A DNA stretch of 64,000 bases from positions 11,912 through 75,911 of the forward strand of contig CACFZE010000007.1 of assembly GCA_902570695.1 (NCBI GenBank). The letters run 5' to 3'. Below, piece by piece: positions 9,990 through 19,681 of the stretch. The DNA is from an uncultured Pelagibacteraceae bacterium (lineage in GTDB: Bacteria; Pseudomonadota; Alphaproteobacteria; Pelagibacterales; Pelagibacteraceae). Under the pieces are notes generated by a model that was not told the DNA's origin, searched no databases, and saw only the letters and a program-made list of their open reading frames with translations. How positions within the stretch are numbered: position 1 is the stretch's first letter; every line of letters starts with the position of its first letter. The position numbers and the translations under genes were made by a program.

Positions 9990-12617
9990 ATGAGTTCAGA
10001 CAAATATATTCACGAAAATGTTGAAAATAAGATTTATTCTTATTGGGAAGATAAAAATTTATTTAAACCAAAATCTAACAAAAAACAATTTTCGATAGTC
10101 ATCCCACCACCAAATGTAACAGGTAGTCTTCATATGGGTCATGCATTAAATAATTCGATACAAGATTTGTTAACTCGATATCATCGAATGAATAACTTTG
10201 AAACTTTATGGCAACCAGGAACTGACCATGCGGGTATTGCTACACAAGCATTAGTGGAAAAAAAACTTAAATCTGAAGGTATTGATAAAAATGATTTAGG
10301 AAGAGAAAAGTTTATTGAAAAAGTTTGGGAATGGAAAGGTCAATATGGGGACATCATAATTAATCAATTAAAAAAATTAGGCTGTTCATGTGATTGGTCT
10401 AGAAATGCCTTCACCATGGACGAAAATCTATCAAAATCTGTATTAAAAGTTTTTGTGGAAATGTATAAAAATGGATTAATTTATAAATCAAAAAAATTAG
10501 TAAATTGGGATACTGTTTTAAAAACAGCAATATCCGATTTAGAAGTAGATCAAAGAGAAGTTAATTCAAAGTTATACCACATCAATTATCTAATAGAGGG
10601 ATCCGATAAATTTATAACTATTGCAACTACAAGACCAGAAACCATGCTAGGAGATACAGCTGTTGCAGTTAATCCATCAGATGAAAGATATAAATCATTA
10701 GTAAATAAAAATGTAATAGTTCCAATAGTTGATAGAAAAATAAAAATTATTGAAGATGATTATGCAGATCCTGAACAGGGGACTGGAGCTGTTAAAATTA
10801 CTCCAGCACATGATTTCAATGATTATGAAGTAGGGGAGAGAAATAATTTAGAAGTCATAAATATTTTTACACCAGATGGTAAAATTAATGAAAATGCACC
10901 TGATAATTATATTGGGCTTGATAGATTTGAAGCTAGAAAAAGAATTTTAAAAGAACTAACTGATAAAGAATTACTTGTTAAAGAAGAGAAAATTAAAAAT
11001 AAAGTTCCTTATGGTGATAGATCTAATTCTATAATTGAGCCTTATTTAACTGAGCAATGGTTTGCAGATGCCAAGAAACTGTCAATAAAAGCTAAAGATA
11101 TAGTAAATAATAAAACAACTAATTTTTTTCCTGTTAATTGGACAAAAACATATTTTCAATGGATGGATAATATAGAACCTTGGTGTATCTCTAGGCAACT
11201 TTGGTGGGGACATCAAATACCTGCATGGTATGGACCTGATGGAGAAATATTTGTAGATGAAACAGAAGAAGGTGCAAAAAAATTAGCAAAAGAACACTAT
11301 AAAAAAGATGTTGAATTAATTAGAGACCCAGATGTTCTTGATACATGGTTTTCTTCCGGTCTATGGCCTTTTGCAACATTAGGATGGCCGGAAAAAAATG
11401 AATATTTAGAAAAATTTTATCCAACCTCAGTATTGGTGACAGGATTTGATATTATTTTCTTTTGGGTTGCAAGAATGATTATGTTTGGAATGGAATTTCA
11501 AAATAAAGAACCATTTAAAAATATTTATGTTCATGCATTAGTTAGAGACGAAAAAGGTCAAAAAATGTCAAAGTCTAAAGGCAATGTAATTGATCCATTA
11601 GAGTTAATTGAAAAATATAGCGCTGATGCTTTAAGATTTACACTTTTGGCAATGGCATCTCCTGGACGAGATGTAAAGTTATCTGAGGATAGAGTTAAAG
11701 GTTATAGAAATTTTTTAAATAAAATATGGAACGCTAATAACTTTCTTATTCAAAACGATTGTAAATTTGAAAATATAGAAACGCCTAATGATTTGAAACT
11801 AAATATTAATAAATGGATTTTTGTTGAATTCACTAATACTAATGAAAAGATTAAAAAATCAATAGATAGTTATCGATTTGATGAGGCTGCAAGAATTGCC
11901 TATCAATTTGTGTGGCATTCTTTCTGCGATTGGTACTTAGAATTATCTAAAACCGTTTTTTATTCAGAAAATAACGAAAATATCGAAGAAACAAGAAATG
12001 TAGCTAGCTTCATATTTACTCAAATTCTAGTTATTTTACACCCATTCATACCTTTTCTAACTGAGGAAATATGGTTGAAAAATAAATTGGATAAAGATGG
12101 AAAAGACTTTCTTATGTTAAAAAACTGGTCTGAAGCCATTTCTAATAAAGATAAAGACTCTGATGAAGTAAATGAAATAATTGAATTTGTTTCATCTATA
12201 AGGTCTTTTAAAAATGAAATAGAAATAAGCCCTGGATCATTTGTTAAAATACTAGTGAATAAAATAAATCCCAAAATTAAGAAATTTATTGAAAATAACT
12301 CTAATACATTAAAAAAAATTGGCAGAATTAATGAATTTGTAACTGAAGATATTAAAAAACCTTCAGCAAACTTGGTCATTAAAGGTGAAATATTTAAAAT
12401 TTACTTTGATGAAGATGTAGATTTGTCAAAAATTAAAGAAACATTATTGAATAAAAAGAATAAAATTGAGAAAGAGATGGATAAAATAAATACAAGGCTA
12501 AATAATAAAAGTTTTATTGAAAGAGCTCCAAATGATATTGTTGAGCAAGAAAAGTCTAACTTTATTAATTTAGAAAAAGATGTTAATAAATTAAATTATA
12601 CTTTAGAAAGTCTATAA
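9990..12617 (+). CDS. valS: Valyl-tRNA synthetase
   Basis: [13 protein letters not shown] (HIGH), [17 protein letters not shown]-terminal coiled coil. Confidence 0.98.
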   Translation: MSSDKYIHENVENKIYSYWEDKNLFKPKSNKKQFSIVIPPPNVTGSLHMGHALNNSIQDLLTRYHRMNNFETLWQPGTDHAGIATQALVEKKLKSEGIDKNDLGREKFIEKVWEWKGQYGDIIINQLKKLGCSCDWSRNAFTMDENLSKSVLKVFVEMYKNGLIYKSKKLVNWDTVLKTAISDLEVDQREVNSKLYHINYLIEGSDKFITIATTRPETMLGDTAVAVNPSDERYKSLVNKNVIVPIVDRKIKIIEDDYADPEQGTGAVKITPAHDFNDYEVGERNNLEVINIFTPDGKINENAPDNYIGLDRFEARKRILKELTDKELLVKEEKIKNKVPYGDRSNSIIEPYLTEQWFADAKKLSIKAKDIVNNKTTNFFPVNWTKTYFQWMDNIEPWCISRQLWWGHQIPAWYGPDGEIFVDETEEGAKKLAKEHYKKDVELIRDPDVLDTWFSSGLWPFATLGWPEKNEYLEKFYPTSVLVTGFDIIFFWVARMIMFGMEFQNKEPFKNIYVHALVRDEKGQKMSKSKGNVIDPLELIEKYSADALRFTLLAMASPGRDVKLSEDRVKGYRNFLNKIWNANNFLIQNDCKFENIETPNDLKLNINKWIFVEFTNTNEKIKKSIDSYRFDEAARIAYQFVWHSFCDWYLELSKTVFYSENNENIEETRNVASFIFTQILVILHPFIPFLTEEIWLKNKLDKDGKDFLMLKNWSEAISNKDKDSDEVNEIIEFVSSIRSFKNEIEISPGSFVKILVNKINPKIKKFIENNSNTLKKIGRINEFVTEDIKKPSANLVIKGEIFKIYFDEDVDLSKIKETLLNKKNKIEKEMDKINTRLNNKSFIERAPNDIVEQEKSNFINLEKDVNKLNYTLESL

Positions 12618-14335
12618 TGCGAAAATTTAATAAAAAAAAACTACCAAGTAGATATACAACTGTAGGTGCTGACAGAGCTCCTCAAAGATCTTTTTATTAC
12701 GCAATGGATTTAACTGAAAAAGATGTAGCAAAACCTTTTGTAGGTGTTGTTTCAACATGGAATGAGGCTGCTCCTTGTAACATAAACTTAATGAAACAAG
12801 CTCAATTTGTAAAACAAGGTGTAAATTCATCAGGAGGAACCCCTAGAGAATTTTGCACAATAACTGTTACTGATGGTATTGCTATGGGTCATGAAGGAAT
12901 GAAATCCTCATTGATTTCAAGAGATGTAATTGCAGACTCCACTGAATTAACTGTAAGAGGTCATTGTTATGATGCTTTAGTTGGTTTAGCAGGATGTGAT
13001 AAATCTTTACCAGGTCTTATGATGTCTATGGTGAGATTAAATATTCCTAGTGTATTTATTTATGGTGGATCAATACTTCCAGGTAGATTTGAAGGTAAAG
13101 ATGTAACTGTTGTTGATGTTTTTGAAGGTGTTGGAAAATATACATCAAAAAAAATGACAGCTCATGCTCTTAGAAAATTAGAATTGAAAGCTTGTCCAAG
13201 TGCAGGTGCTTGTGGTGGTCAATTTACTGCAAATACAATGGCATGTGTTTCAGAAGCAATTGGATTAGCCCTACCATATTCAGCAGGAACACCTGCTCCA
13301 TATAAAGAAAGACACAAGTACGCTATTAACAGCGGTAAAGCTGTAATGAAACTTTTAGAAAAAAATATTAGACCAAGAGATATTGTTACAAGAAAAGCAT
13401 TAGAAAATGCTGCTACAGTTGTTGCTGCAACAGGAGGATCTACTAATGCAGGTTTACACTTACCAGCTATTGCAAATGAAATTGGAATTAAATTTGATTT
13501 AATGGATGTTGCAAAAATTTTTAAAAGAACTCCTTATCTTGCTGATTTAAAACCTGGTGGAAAATATGTTGCAAAAGATATGTGGGAAGCGGGTGGTGTT
13601 CCAATGCTTTTAAAAACTCTTTATGATGGTGGATATATCCATGGAGATTGTATGACCGTTACAGGAAGGACAATGAAAGAGAATTTAAAAAATGTGAAAT
13701 TTAATCCAAAACAAAAAGTAATGAGAAGTTATAAAAATCCAATCACTCCAACTGGTGGTGTTGTTGGATTAAGAGGCAATTTAGCTCCAGAAGGTGGAAT
13801 AGTTAAAATTGCAGGTTTGAAAAAATTACAATTTACTGGAAGAGCAAGATGTTTTGACTCTGAAGAAAAAGCTTACAAGGCTGTAAAAGAGAGAAAATAC
13901 AAAGACGGTGATATAATTATAATTAGATACGAAGGTCCAAAGGGTGGTCCAGGAATGAGAGAAATGTTGCAGACAACAGCTGCAATTTATGGTCAAGGAA
14001 AAGGGGAGAAAGTAGCCCTTATAACCGACGGTAGGTTCTCTGGGGCTACAAGAGGCTTCTGTATTGGTCATGTGGGTCCTGAGGCCTCTATAGGCGGCCC
14101 AATAGCCCTTTTAAGGAACGGAGATATAATTGATATAGATGCAAAAAAAGGGACTATAAACGTTAGATTAAGTAAAAAAGAGCTTAGTTTGAGAAAAAAG
14201 AAATGGAAACAAAGAAAAATGAACTTTGGAAACGGAACTCTTTGGAAATATGCTCAAACAGTAGGTCCAGCTTATTTAGGTGCACCCACTCATCCAGGTG
14301 GTAAAAACGAGGTTAAAACTTACGCAGATATTTGA
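12617..14335 (+). CDS. ilvD: Dihydroxy-acid dehydratase
   Basis: [34 protein letters not shown] motifs. Confidence 0.95.
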   Translation: MRKFNKKKLPSRYTTVGADRAPQRSFYYAMDLTEKDVAKPFVGVVSTWNEAAPCNINLMKQAQFVKQGVNSSGGTPREFCTITVTDGIAMGHEGMKSSLISRDVIADSTELTVRGHCYDALVGLAGCDKSLPGLMMSMVRLNIPSVFIYGGSILPGRFEGKDVTVVDVFEGVGKYTSKKMTAHALRKLELKACPSAGACGGQFTANTMACVSEAIGLALPYSAGTPAPYKERHKYAINSGKAVMKLLEKNIRPRDIVTRKALENAATVVAATGGSTNAGLHLPAIANEIGIKFDLMDVAKIFKRTPYLADLKPGGKYVAKDMWEAGGVPMLLKTLYDGGYIHGDCMTVTGRTMKENLKNVKFNPKQKVMRSYKNPITPTGGVVGLRGNLAPEGGIVKIAGLKKLQFTGRARCFDSEEKAYKAVKERKYKDGDIIIIRYEGPKGGPGMREMLQTTAAIYGQGKGEKVALITDGRFSGATRGFCIGHVGPEASIGGPIALLRNGDIIDIDAKKGTINVRLSKKELSLRKKKWKQRKMNFGNGTLWKYAQTVGPAYLGAPTHPGGKNEVKTYADI

Positions 14336-15537
14336 TGAAAATTAGACCTGTAATACTTTGTGGTGGTGCAGGAACACGCCTTTGGCCCAATTTAAAAAAT
14401 ACTCAAGCAAAACAATTTATTGATTTTGGTGGTTGGACTTTATTACAAAAAGCTTTTGAAAGAATAAATAATAACTCTTACGATTTTCCAATTATCAGTA
14501 CAAATCTTAAATATTTAAAAGATGTTAAGAAAACATTAAAAAAATCTAAGATAAAAAAATATAAAATAATATTAGAACCAGCCAAAAAAAATACAGCACC
14601 AGCTATCTTAGTAAGTGCTTTAATTAAAGATATTCCAACTGATCAGCCAATAATGTTTTTTACTTCAGATCATTTAATTGAAAATCCAAGTATTTTAACA
14701 AGATCTTTAAAAACAAATGTTAAAAATTTAAGTGATCAAAATATATTTATATTTGGAATTAAACCAACAAGACCATCTAATGAGTACGGATATTTAAAAA
14801 CAAAAAGTATAAATAAGTTAAACAAAGTTACTAAATTTATTGAAAAACCAACAGAACAAAAAGCCAAAAAGATAATTAAATCTGGAGGTTATTGGAACTC
14901 TGGTATGTTTTACTTAAAAAAATCATCAATAATTAATAACTTTAAAAAATATCAGCCTAGCATTTATAAAGCATGTCTAAAATCTTTAGAAAAATCTAAA
15001 ATTAGAAATAATACATATTTTTTGAGTAAAAAATTCTTTGATAAATGTAAGGAAATTTCTTTTGATTATGCAATTCTTGAAAAATCAAAAGATATAAACG
15101 CAATAAAACTAAGTATTCAATGGTCAGATCTAGGTAATTGGTTTGAAATATCAAAAATATATAAAAAAAATAAAAATAAATACTTTAAGAAAAAAAATGT
15201 TTTTCATAGACCATGGGGAAGATATACAAACCTATACGAGGGTAAAAACTTTTTGGTAAAAGAATTAGTGGTCAATTCTAAGTCTAAATTAAGCTTACAA
15301 AAGCATTTTCATCGATCTGAATATTGGACCATTACTGATGGAAAACCTCTAATTACATTAAACAAGAAAAATTTCTTTAAAAAACCAGGAGAAAAAATAT
15401 TTATCCCAAGAGAAGCAATTCATCGAATAGAAAATAAATTTAAGAAAAAAGTAAAAATTATTGAAATACAAACTGGACCTATTTTAAAAGAAACCGATAT
15501 AGTTAGATATCAAGATATTTACGGTAGAGTTAATTAA
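14335..15537 (+). CDS. manC: Mannose-1-phosphate guanylyltransferase / mannose-6-phosphate isomerase (type II PMI)
   Basis: GGAGTRLWP nucleotidyltransferase motif, FIEKP, WNSGMF; C-terminal cupin RPWG...HRSE; ATG overlaps ilvD TGA. Confidence 0.9.
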   Translation: MKIRPVILCGGAGTRLWPNLKNTQAKQFIDFGGWTLLQKAFERINNNSYDFPIISTNLKYLKDVKKTLKKSKIKKYKIILEPAKKNTAPAILVSALIKDIPTDQPIMFFTSDHLIENPSILTRSLKTNVKNLSDQNIFIFGIKPTRPSNEYGYLKTKSINKLNKVTKFIEKPTEQKAKKIIKSGGYWNSGMFYLKKSSIINNFKKYQPSIYKACLKSLEKSKIRNNTYFLSKKFFDKCKEISFDYAILEKSKDINAIKLSIQWSDLGNWFEISKIYKKNKNKYFKKKNVFHRPWGRYTNLYEGKNFLVKELVVNSKSKLSLQKHFHRSEYWTITDGKPLITLNKKNFFKKPGEKIFIPREAIHRIENKFKKKVKIIEIQTGPILKETDIVRYQDIYGRVN

Positions 15538-15545
15538 TACTCTTT

Positions 15546-16385
15546 ATGGATACGTTAGTATTTTCTGTCGTTTTATTGGCAGCACTACTTCATGCCACTT
15601 GGAATGACATGGTCAAAAAACACTCGGATAAAGCAGTTGCTCTAGCAGGTATAATTTTAGGTCATATACCTTTTTCAATTGTTGCAATCATCTTGTTACC
15701 CGCACCCTCAATAGAAAGTATACCTTATATCTTCGCAAGTATTGTTGTTCATATAGGTTATCAATGGTTTTTGCTTAAATCATATGAAATAGGAGATTTG
15801 ACAAAAGTCTATCCTATAGCAAGAGGAACGGGGCCTTTATTTGTAACTGTAATTTCGATTTTATTGTTAGGAGTAGTGTTAAATAAATTTATACTGATCT
15901 CTATTTTTTTAATATGTTTTGGAATTTTTTTTCTTGGTATTTCTGATTATAAAAACAGTAACTTAAATGTAATTAAATTTTCTTTTATTACAGGTTTGTT
16001 TATTGGATCATACTCACTTGTAGATGGATATGGAGCAAGAATAAGTAATTCTGCAATATCTTTTGTCAGCTGGTCTTTCATATTAAACGCTATGATTTTC
16101 CCATTTATTCTAAGTTTAAGAGGTCAACAGGATATTATTAAAAAGGTTTATAGAGACGGTAAAATGATATTTTTTTACGGTGTAACATTATCATATGCTA
16201 GTTATGCCTTGGCTGTATGGGCATTTACAAAAGCTCCAATACCTGTTGTTACATCCTTAAGAGAAACAAGTATTTTATTATCGATATTTATTGGATATTT
16301 TTTATTAAAAGAAAGTATCAATTTAAAAAAAATCATATCAATTTTATTTATTTTAATAGGTGTGATTGGGATTAAATTATTTTAA
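15546..16385 (+). CDS. DMT/EamA-family transporter
   Basis: About 10 hydrophobic segments; LLHATWN, GDLTKVYPIARG, LRETS motifs. Confidence 0.8.
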   Translation: MDTLVFSVVLLAALLHATWNDMVKKHSDKAVALAGIILGHIPFSIVAIILLPAPSIESIPYIFASIVVHIGYQWFLLKSYEIGDLTKVYPIARGTGPLFVTVISILLLGVVLNKFILISIFLICFGIFFLGISDYKNSNLNVIKFSFITGLFIGSYSLVDGYGARISNSAISFVSWSFILNAMIFPFILSLRGQQDIIKKVYRDGKMIFFYGVTLSYASYALAVWAFTKAPIPVVTSLRETSILLSIFIGYFLLKESINLKKIISILFILIGVIGIKLF

Positions 16386-16419
16386 TTAAATTGTAACAAT
16401 CTATAAATATTTTTGTCAT
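16380..16419 (+). promoter_or_regulatory. Pho-box-like array (11-bp period) at the start of a gene-less intergenic region
   Basis: Half-sites TTTTAAT (16380), TTGTAAC (16391), TATAAAT (16402, poor), TTGTCAT (16413). Confidence 0.55.
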
Positions 16420-16435
16420 TAAAGTTTATTAAAAA

Positions 16436-16546
16436 TAATTAACAAAAATTTTAAATAATAAAACATCTTCATTTCCTCTTTGTTTAAAATTTTGTTGATT
16501 AACTACCTTCCCCTTTTTGTTATAAAAAAGGGGAGGGACAATTTTT
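16436..16546 (+). ncRNA. Candidate PhoB-induced small RNA (stem-loop with anti-RBS loop plus terminator)
   Basis: About 20-bp stem 16436-16458/16480-16501, loop containing AAACATCTTCATTTCCTCT, then GC-rich hairpin 16506-16537 and T5; G-U pairs favour the + strand. Confidence 0.45.
16506..16546 (+). terminator. Terminator-like hairpin
   Basis: CCTTCCCCTTTTT-GTTATA-AAAAAGGGGAGGG (13 bp with one U-G), then ACAA and TTTTT. Confidence 0.65.
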
Positions 16547-16551
16547 ATACA

Positions 16552-16764
16552 TTAATTATTTACAGACGCAGGACTCTCACTGGTTTTCTTTTTAGCTAAT
16601 TTTTTTGCTTTTTTTTCGGCAACTTTTTTTTCAATACCTGCAATTTTTATATTAATTTTAGCTAGTTTTTTTTCCTTTAAATTAATCTTATTTTTAAGTT
16701 TATCTATTGATTTGATAAACTTTTTTTTTCTTCTTTCATTTTTCTTTAACATCTTACCCATCAT
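16552..16764 (-). CDS. Small lysine-rich basic protein, unknown function
   Basis: Perfect AGGAGG RBS (16767-16772), likely start 16761; 24 Lys + 2 Arg in 70 aa; coiled-coil-like. Confidence 0.7.
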   Translation of the reverse strand: MMGKMLKKNERRKKKFIKSIDKLKNKINLKEKKLAKINIKIAGIEKKVAEKKAKKLAKKKTSESPASVNN

Positions 16765-16845
16765 CGCCTCCTATGAAAATTTAAATTATTATATTTAATT
16801 TAAATTTCTAAGTAAAATAATTTGTCTAAAATTTTGTTATTAAAA

Positions 16846-17730
16846 TTATAGTAAAAAATTTACTTTTTTTTGTGAAAATTCAATATCAATCTTATTGTGA
16901 CATCCAAAATTATCTCCATCAACCTGAACGGGAATTTCAAAATTATTGCAATTAATTTGGATACTTTTTGAATAGGTGGTTATAACAGATTTGTTTCTTG
17001 ATAAATCTCCATAAATAATTATCAAAATAATATAATACATTAATTTTAGCCTACTTAAATCTTTAAAAACATAAGTTATTAATCTATCATCAAAAATGTT
17101 TGACTTATTTATCTTATGATGACCAGCATAATATTTGGTATTAGAACTTAATACCCAATCAGCTTGATATTTTTGACCATCAAAGAAAACATCAAGTTTA
17201 TTATTTTTCATAAATAAAAAATGCTGAAACCCTTTTAAACCAAATATTATCTTACCAAGTATTTTTTTTATACGTGTATCAATAGAGTGAACAATTTTAG
17301 CATCCCAACCAATACCAGCCATTAAAAAAAAATAATTTTTATTTATTTTTATAAGATTAGATTGTTTATAATTATTTGATGTTAAAATATTACAAATATC
17401 GTCTACTTTTTTATTTATCGATAACTCTGCTTGAAGTAAATTGGCTGTTCCAGCCGGTATGTACCCAATTGCAAATTTATCATTAAAATCAAAGTCATTT
17501 TTTATCAATTCATTGATAGCAAATGATACTGATCCATCTCCACCAGCAACTATCAATCTATCATAATTTTTATTTTTAAATTCCAAAAATATTTCTTTCG
17601 CCTCTTTTTCAGATTTGGTTTTGAAATAATCTACAGAGTTGTTAATTTTTAATTTTTCATAAATCTTATTTACAAATTTTATTTTTTTCCCTGTTGAAGA
17701 ATTAAGGTTATAAATCAAACAATAATGCAT
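16846..17730 (-). CDS. Soluble diacylglycerol/lipid kinase family protein (YegS/DgkB/BmrU-like)
   Basis: IYNLNS, AGGDGS, PAGTANL, GIGWDA, QVDGD motifs. Confidence 0.85.
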   Translation of the reverse strand: MHYCLIYNLNSSTGKKIKFVNKIYEKLKINNSVDYFKTKSEKEAKEIFLEFKNKNYDRLIVAGGDGSVSFAINELIKNDFDFNDKFAIGYIPAGTANLLQAELSINKKVDDICNILTSNNYKQSNLIKINKNYFFLMAGIGWDAKIVHSIDTRIKKILGKIIFGLKGFQHFLFMKNNKLDVFFDGQKYQADWVLSSNTKYYAGHHKINKSNIFDDRLITYVFKDLSRLKLMYYIILIIIYGDLSRNKSVITTYSKSIQINCNNFEIPVQVDGDNFGCHNKIDIEFSQKKVNFLL

Positions 17731-17737
17731 AATTTTT

Positions 17738-17766
17738 TCGTAACTAATTTTTAATAAATCTTTAAC
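17738..17766 (+). promoter_or_regulatory. Pho-box array facing plcP
   Basis: TCGTAAC-TAAT-TTTTAAT-AAAT-CTTTAAC, 11-bp period; 20-mer 17749-17768 recurs at 33702-33721 (minus). Confidence 0.65.
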
Positions 17767-17797
17767 ATTTCAATGACATAAGAATTAAATGATTCGA

Positions 17798-17815
17798 GTT
17801 ACAGTTGTGTTACAA
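17798..17815 (-). promoter_or_regulatory. Pho box facing the DAG-kinase-like gene
   Basis: Minus strand TTGTAAC-ACAA-CTGTAAC. Confidence 0.7.
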
Positions 17816-17829
17816 AATAGGTTTTTTTA

Positions 17830-18636
17830 ATGCCTCCGTTATTAAAATATAGGAGTATATTTATATCTGATGTGCATCTTGGCACCAAAGGTTGTCAAGC
17901 TAACAAGCTTTTAGAATTTTTTAAGAATTCAAGATCCGAGAACCTTTATTTAGTTGGAGATATAATCGATGTTTGGGCAATGCAAAAGAGTTTCTATTGG
18001 CCTCAAGAGCATAATGATGTCATACAAAAAATATTGAGAAAAGCCAGGCACGGGACAAAAGTATTTTACATAATTGGAAATCATGATGAGGTATTTAGAA
18101 AATTTATTCCAATGCATTTAGGTGATATTAAAATAGTAAATAGAGTTATTCATGAAACGCAGTTAGGAAAAAAATATTTAGTTGTTCATGGTGATGCTTG
18201 GGACGGAGTAATGAAATATGCTAAATGGCTTTCTAAATTAGGAGCTATTGCCTATGAATTATTACTTAAAATTAATGTTATTATAAATTTTTTTAGAAAA
18301 TTGAGAGGTAAAGACTATTGGTCATTGGCAAAATTTTTAAAATATAAGGTAAAAAATGCTGTAAAATTTATAGGTGAATATGAAAACACACTTTCTTCAT
18401 ATGCAAAAAGGAAAAAATTTGATGGAATAATTTGTGGACACATACATCATGCTGAAAATTTAAATCTTGATGGTGTTAATTATTTAAATTGTGGCGATTG
18501 GGTTGAGTCATGTACAGCCTTGGCAGAAAAATATGATGGAACTTTTGAGATAATTTATTGGGATAAAAAAAGAAACGAATATATTTCAGAAAATATTGAT
18601 AATAACAGGATCGGTTCATTCAAAAAAGCATCTTAA
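17830..18636 (+). CDS. plcP: Phospholipase C PlcP (LpxH-like metallophosphoesterase) for phosphate-starvation lipid remodelling
   Basis: SDVHLG, GDIID, GNHD (His where LpxH has Arg), HGD, CGHIH; next to a GT4 gene and the pho cluster. Confidence 0.85.
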   Translation: MPPLLKYRSIFISDVHLGTKGCQANKLLEFFKNSRSENLYLVGDIIDVWAMQKSFYWPQEHNDVIQKILRKARHGTKVFYIIGNHDEVFRKFIPMHLGDIKIVNRVIHETQLGKKYLVVHGDAWDGVMKYAKWLSKLGAIAYELLLKINVIINFFRKLRGKDYWSLAKFLKYKVKNAVKFIGEYENTLSSYAKRKKFDGIICGHIHHAENLNLDGVNYLNCGDWVESCTALAEKYDGTFEIIYWDKKRNEYISENIDNNRIGSFKKAS

Positions 18637-18639
18637 AGA

Positions 18640-19647
18640 ATGAAAATATTAATTGTTACCGATGCTTATTACCCTCAAGTTAATGGTGTTGTAAGAACTC
18701 TCCACGAAACTGGTGAAATTCTTAAATCACAAGGTCAAACTATTGAATATATTACTCCTCAACAATTTCTTACCATGCCCATGCCAAAATATAATGAAAT
18801 TAGATTGTCCTTAAATGTTTGGCCCCGTGTAAGTAACTTAATTAAATCAATTAAACCTGATGCAATACATATTGCAACAGAAGGACCCTTAGGGTTTATG
18901 GCACGAAGGCATTGCATTAAAAATGGCTTAAAATTTACCACAAGTTTTCACACAAGATTTGATAAATACATGAAACTTTATATGCCTATCATTCCAGCTA
19001 AATGGTCAGAAAAATTTTTATGCAATTTTCATAATAAAGCTGAAAGAATTTTAGTAACAACAGAATCTATGCGTGAAGAATTAATTTCTTTAGGTATTGA
19101 TAACAATAAAATGGTTACATGGACCAGAGGAGGTAATCATGGTGCATTTAAAAACCCCATTAAGAAAGACTTACCTTATAAAAGACCTATATGGATATAT
19201 GTTGGAAGAGTTGCTGTTGAAAAAAATATCAAAGCATTTTTAGATTTAGATCTTGAAGGTACTAAAATTATAATTGGTAAAGGTCCTGATTTAAACAATT
19301 TAAAAAAAAAGTTTCCAAAAGACATTTTTTTAGGTGAGAAAACAAATGGAGAATTAGCTTCTCATTTTGCATCATCTGATGTTTTTGTATTTCCAAGTAA
19401 AACAGATACGTTTGGTATAGTTGTCTTAGAGTCTTTAAATTGTGGCACACCAGTCGCAGCTTACCCTGTACCGGGACCTAAAGATATATTAGGGGGTACT
19501 AATATTGATACTTTAAATAATGATTTGAAAACCTCTGCTTTAAAAGCTTTGAAGGTAAGTCGTCAAGATTGTCTTGATTTTGCAAAAAAATATTCTTGGG
19601 AGGAAACGGCAAAAATATTTTTTGAAAATATTTCACCTAATAATTAA
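18640..19647 (+). CDS. GT4 glycosyltransferase, probable DAG glycosyltransferase (Agt-like)
   Basis: TDAYYPQVNGVVRTL, ATEGPLG, FPSKTDTFGIVVLES; directly after plcP. Confidence 0.8.
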   Translation: MKILIVTDAYYPQVNGVVRTLHETGEILKSQGQTIEYITPQQFLTMPMPKYNEIRLSLNVWPRVSNLIKSIKPDAIHIATEGPLGFMARRHCIKNGLKFTTSFHTRFDKYMKLYMPIIPAKWSEKFLCNFHNKAERILVTTESMREELISLGIDNNKMVTWTRGGNHGAFKNPIKKDLPYKRPIWIYVGRVAVEKNIKAFLDLDLEGTKIIIGKGPDLNNLKKKFPKDIFLGEKTNGELASHFASSDVFVFPSKTDTFGIVVLESLNCGTPVAAYPVPGPKDILGGTNIDTLNNDLKTSALKALKVSRQDCLDFAKKYSWEETAKIFFENISPNN

Positions 19648-19681
19648 AGACAATATACATTACATTTGTTAAAACATATCC

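Noticed and set aside
13826-14071. 81-aa antisense ORF partly overlapping the GC-rich ilvD patch as its explanation
   Set aside because: Covers only part of the patch, lacks an RBS and has no recognisable features
15546-16385. EamA transporter as part of the Pho regulon (motifs recall phosphonate-associated DMT proteins)
   Set aside because: Only 8 bp after manC with no Pho box upstream; most simply the tail of the valS-ilvD-manC transcript
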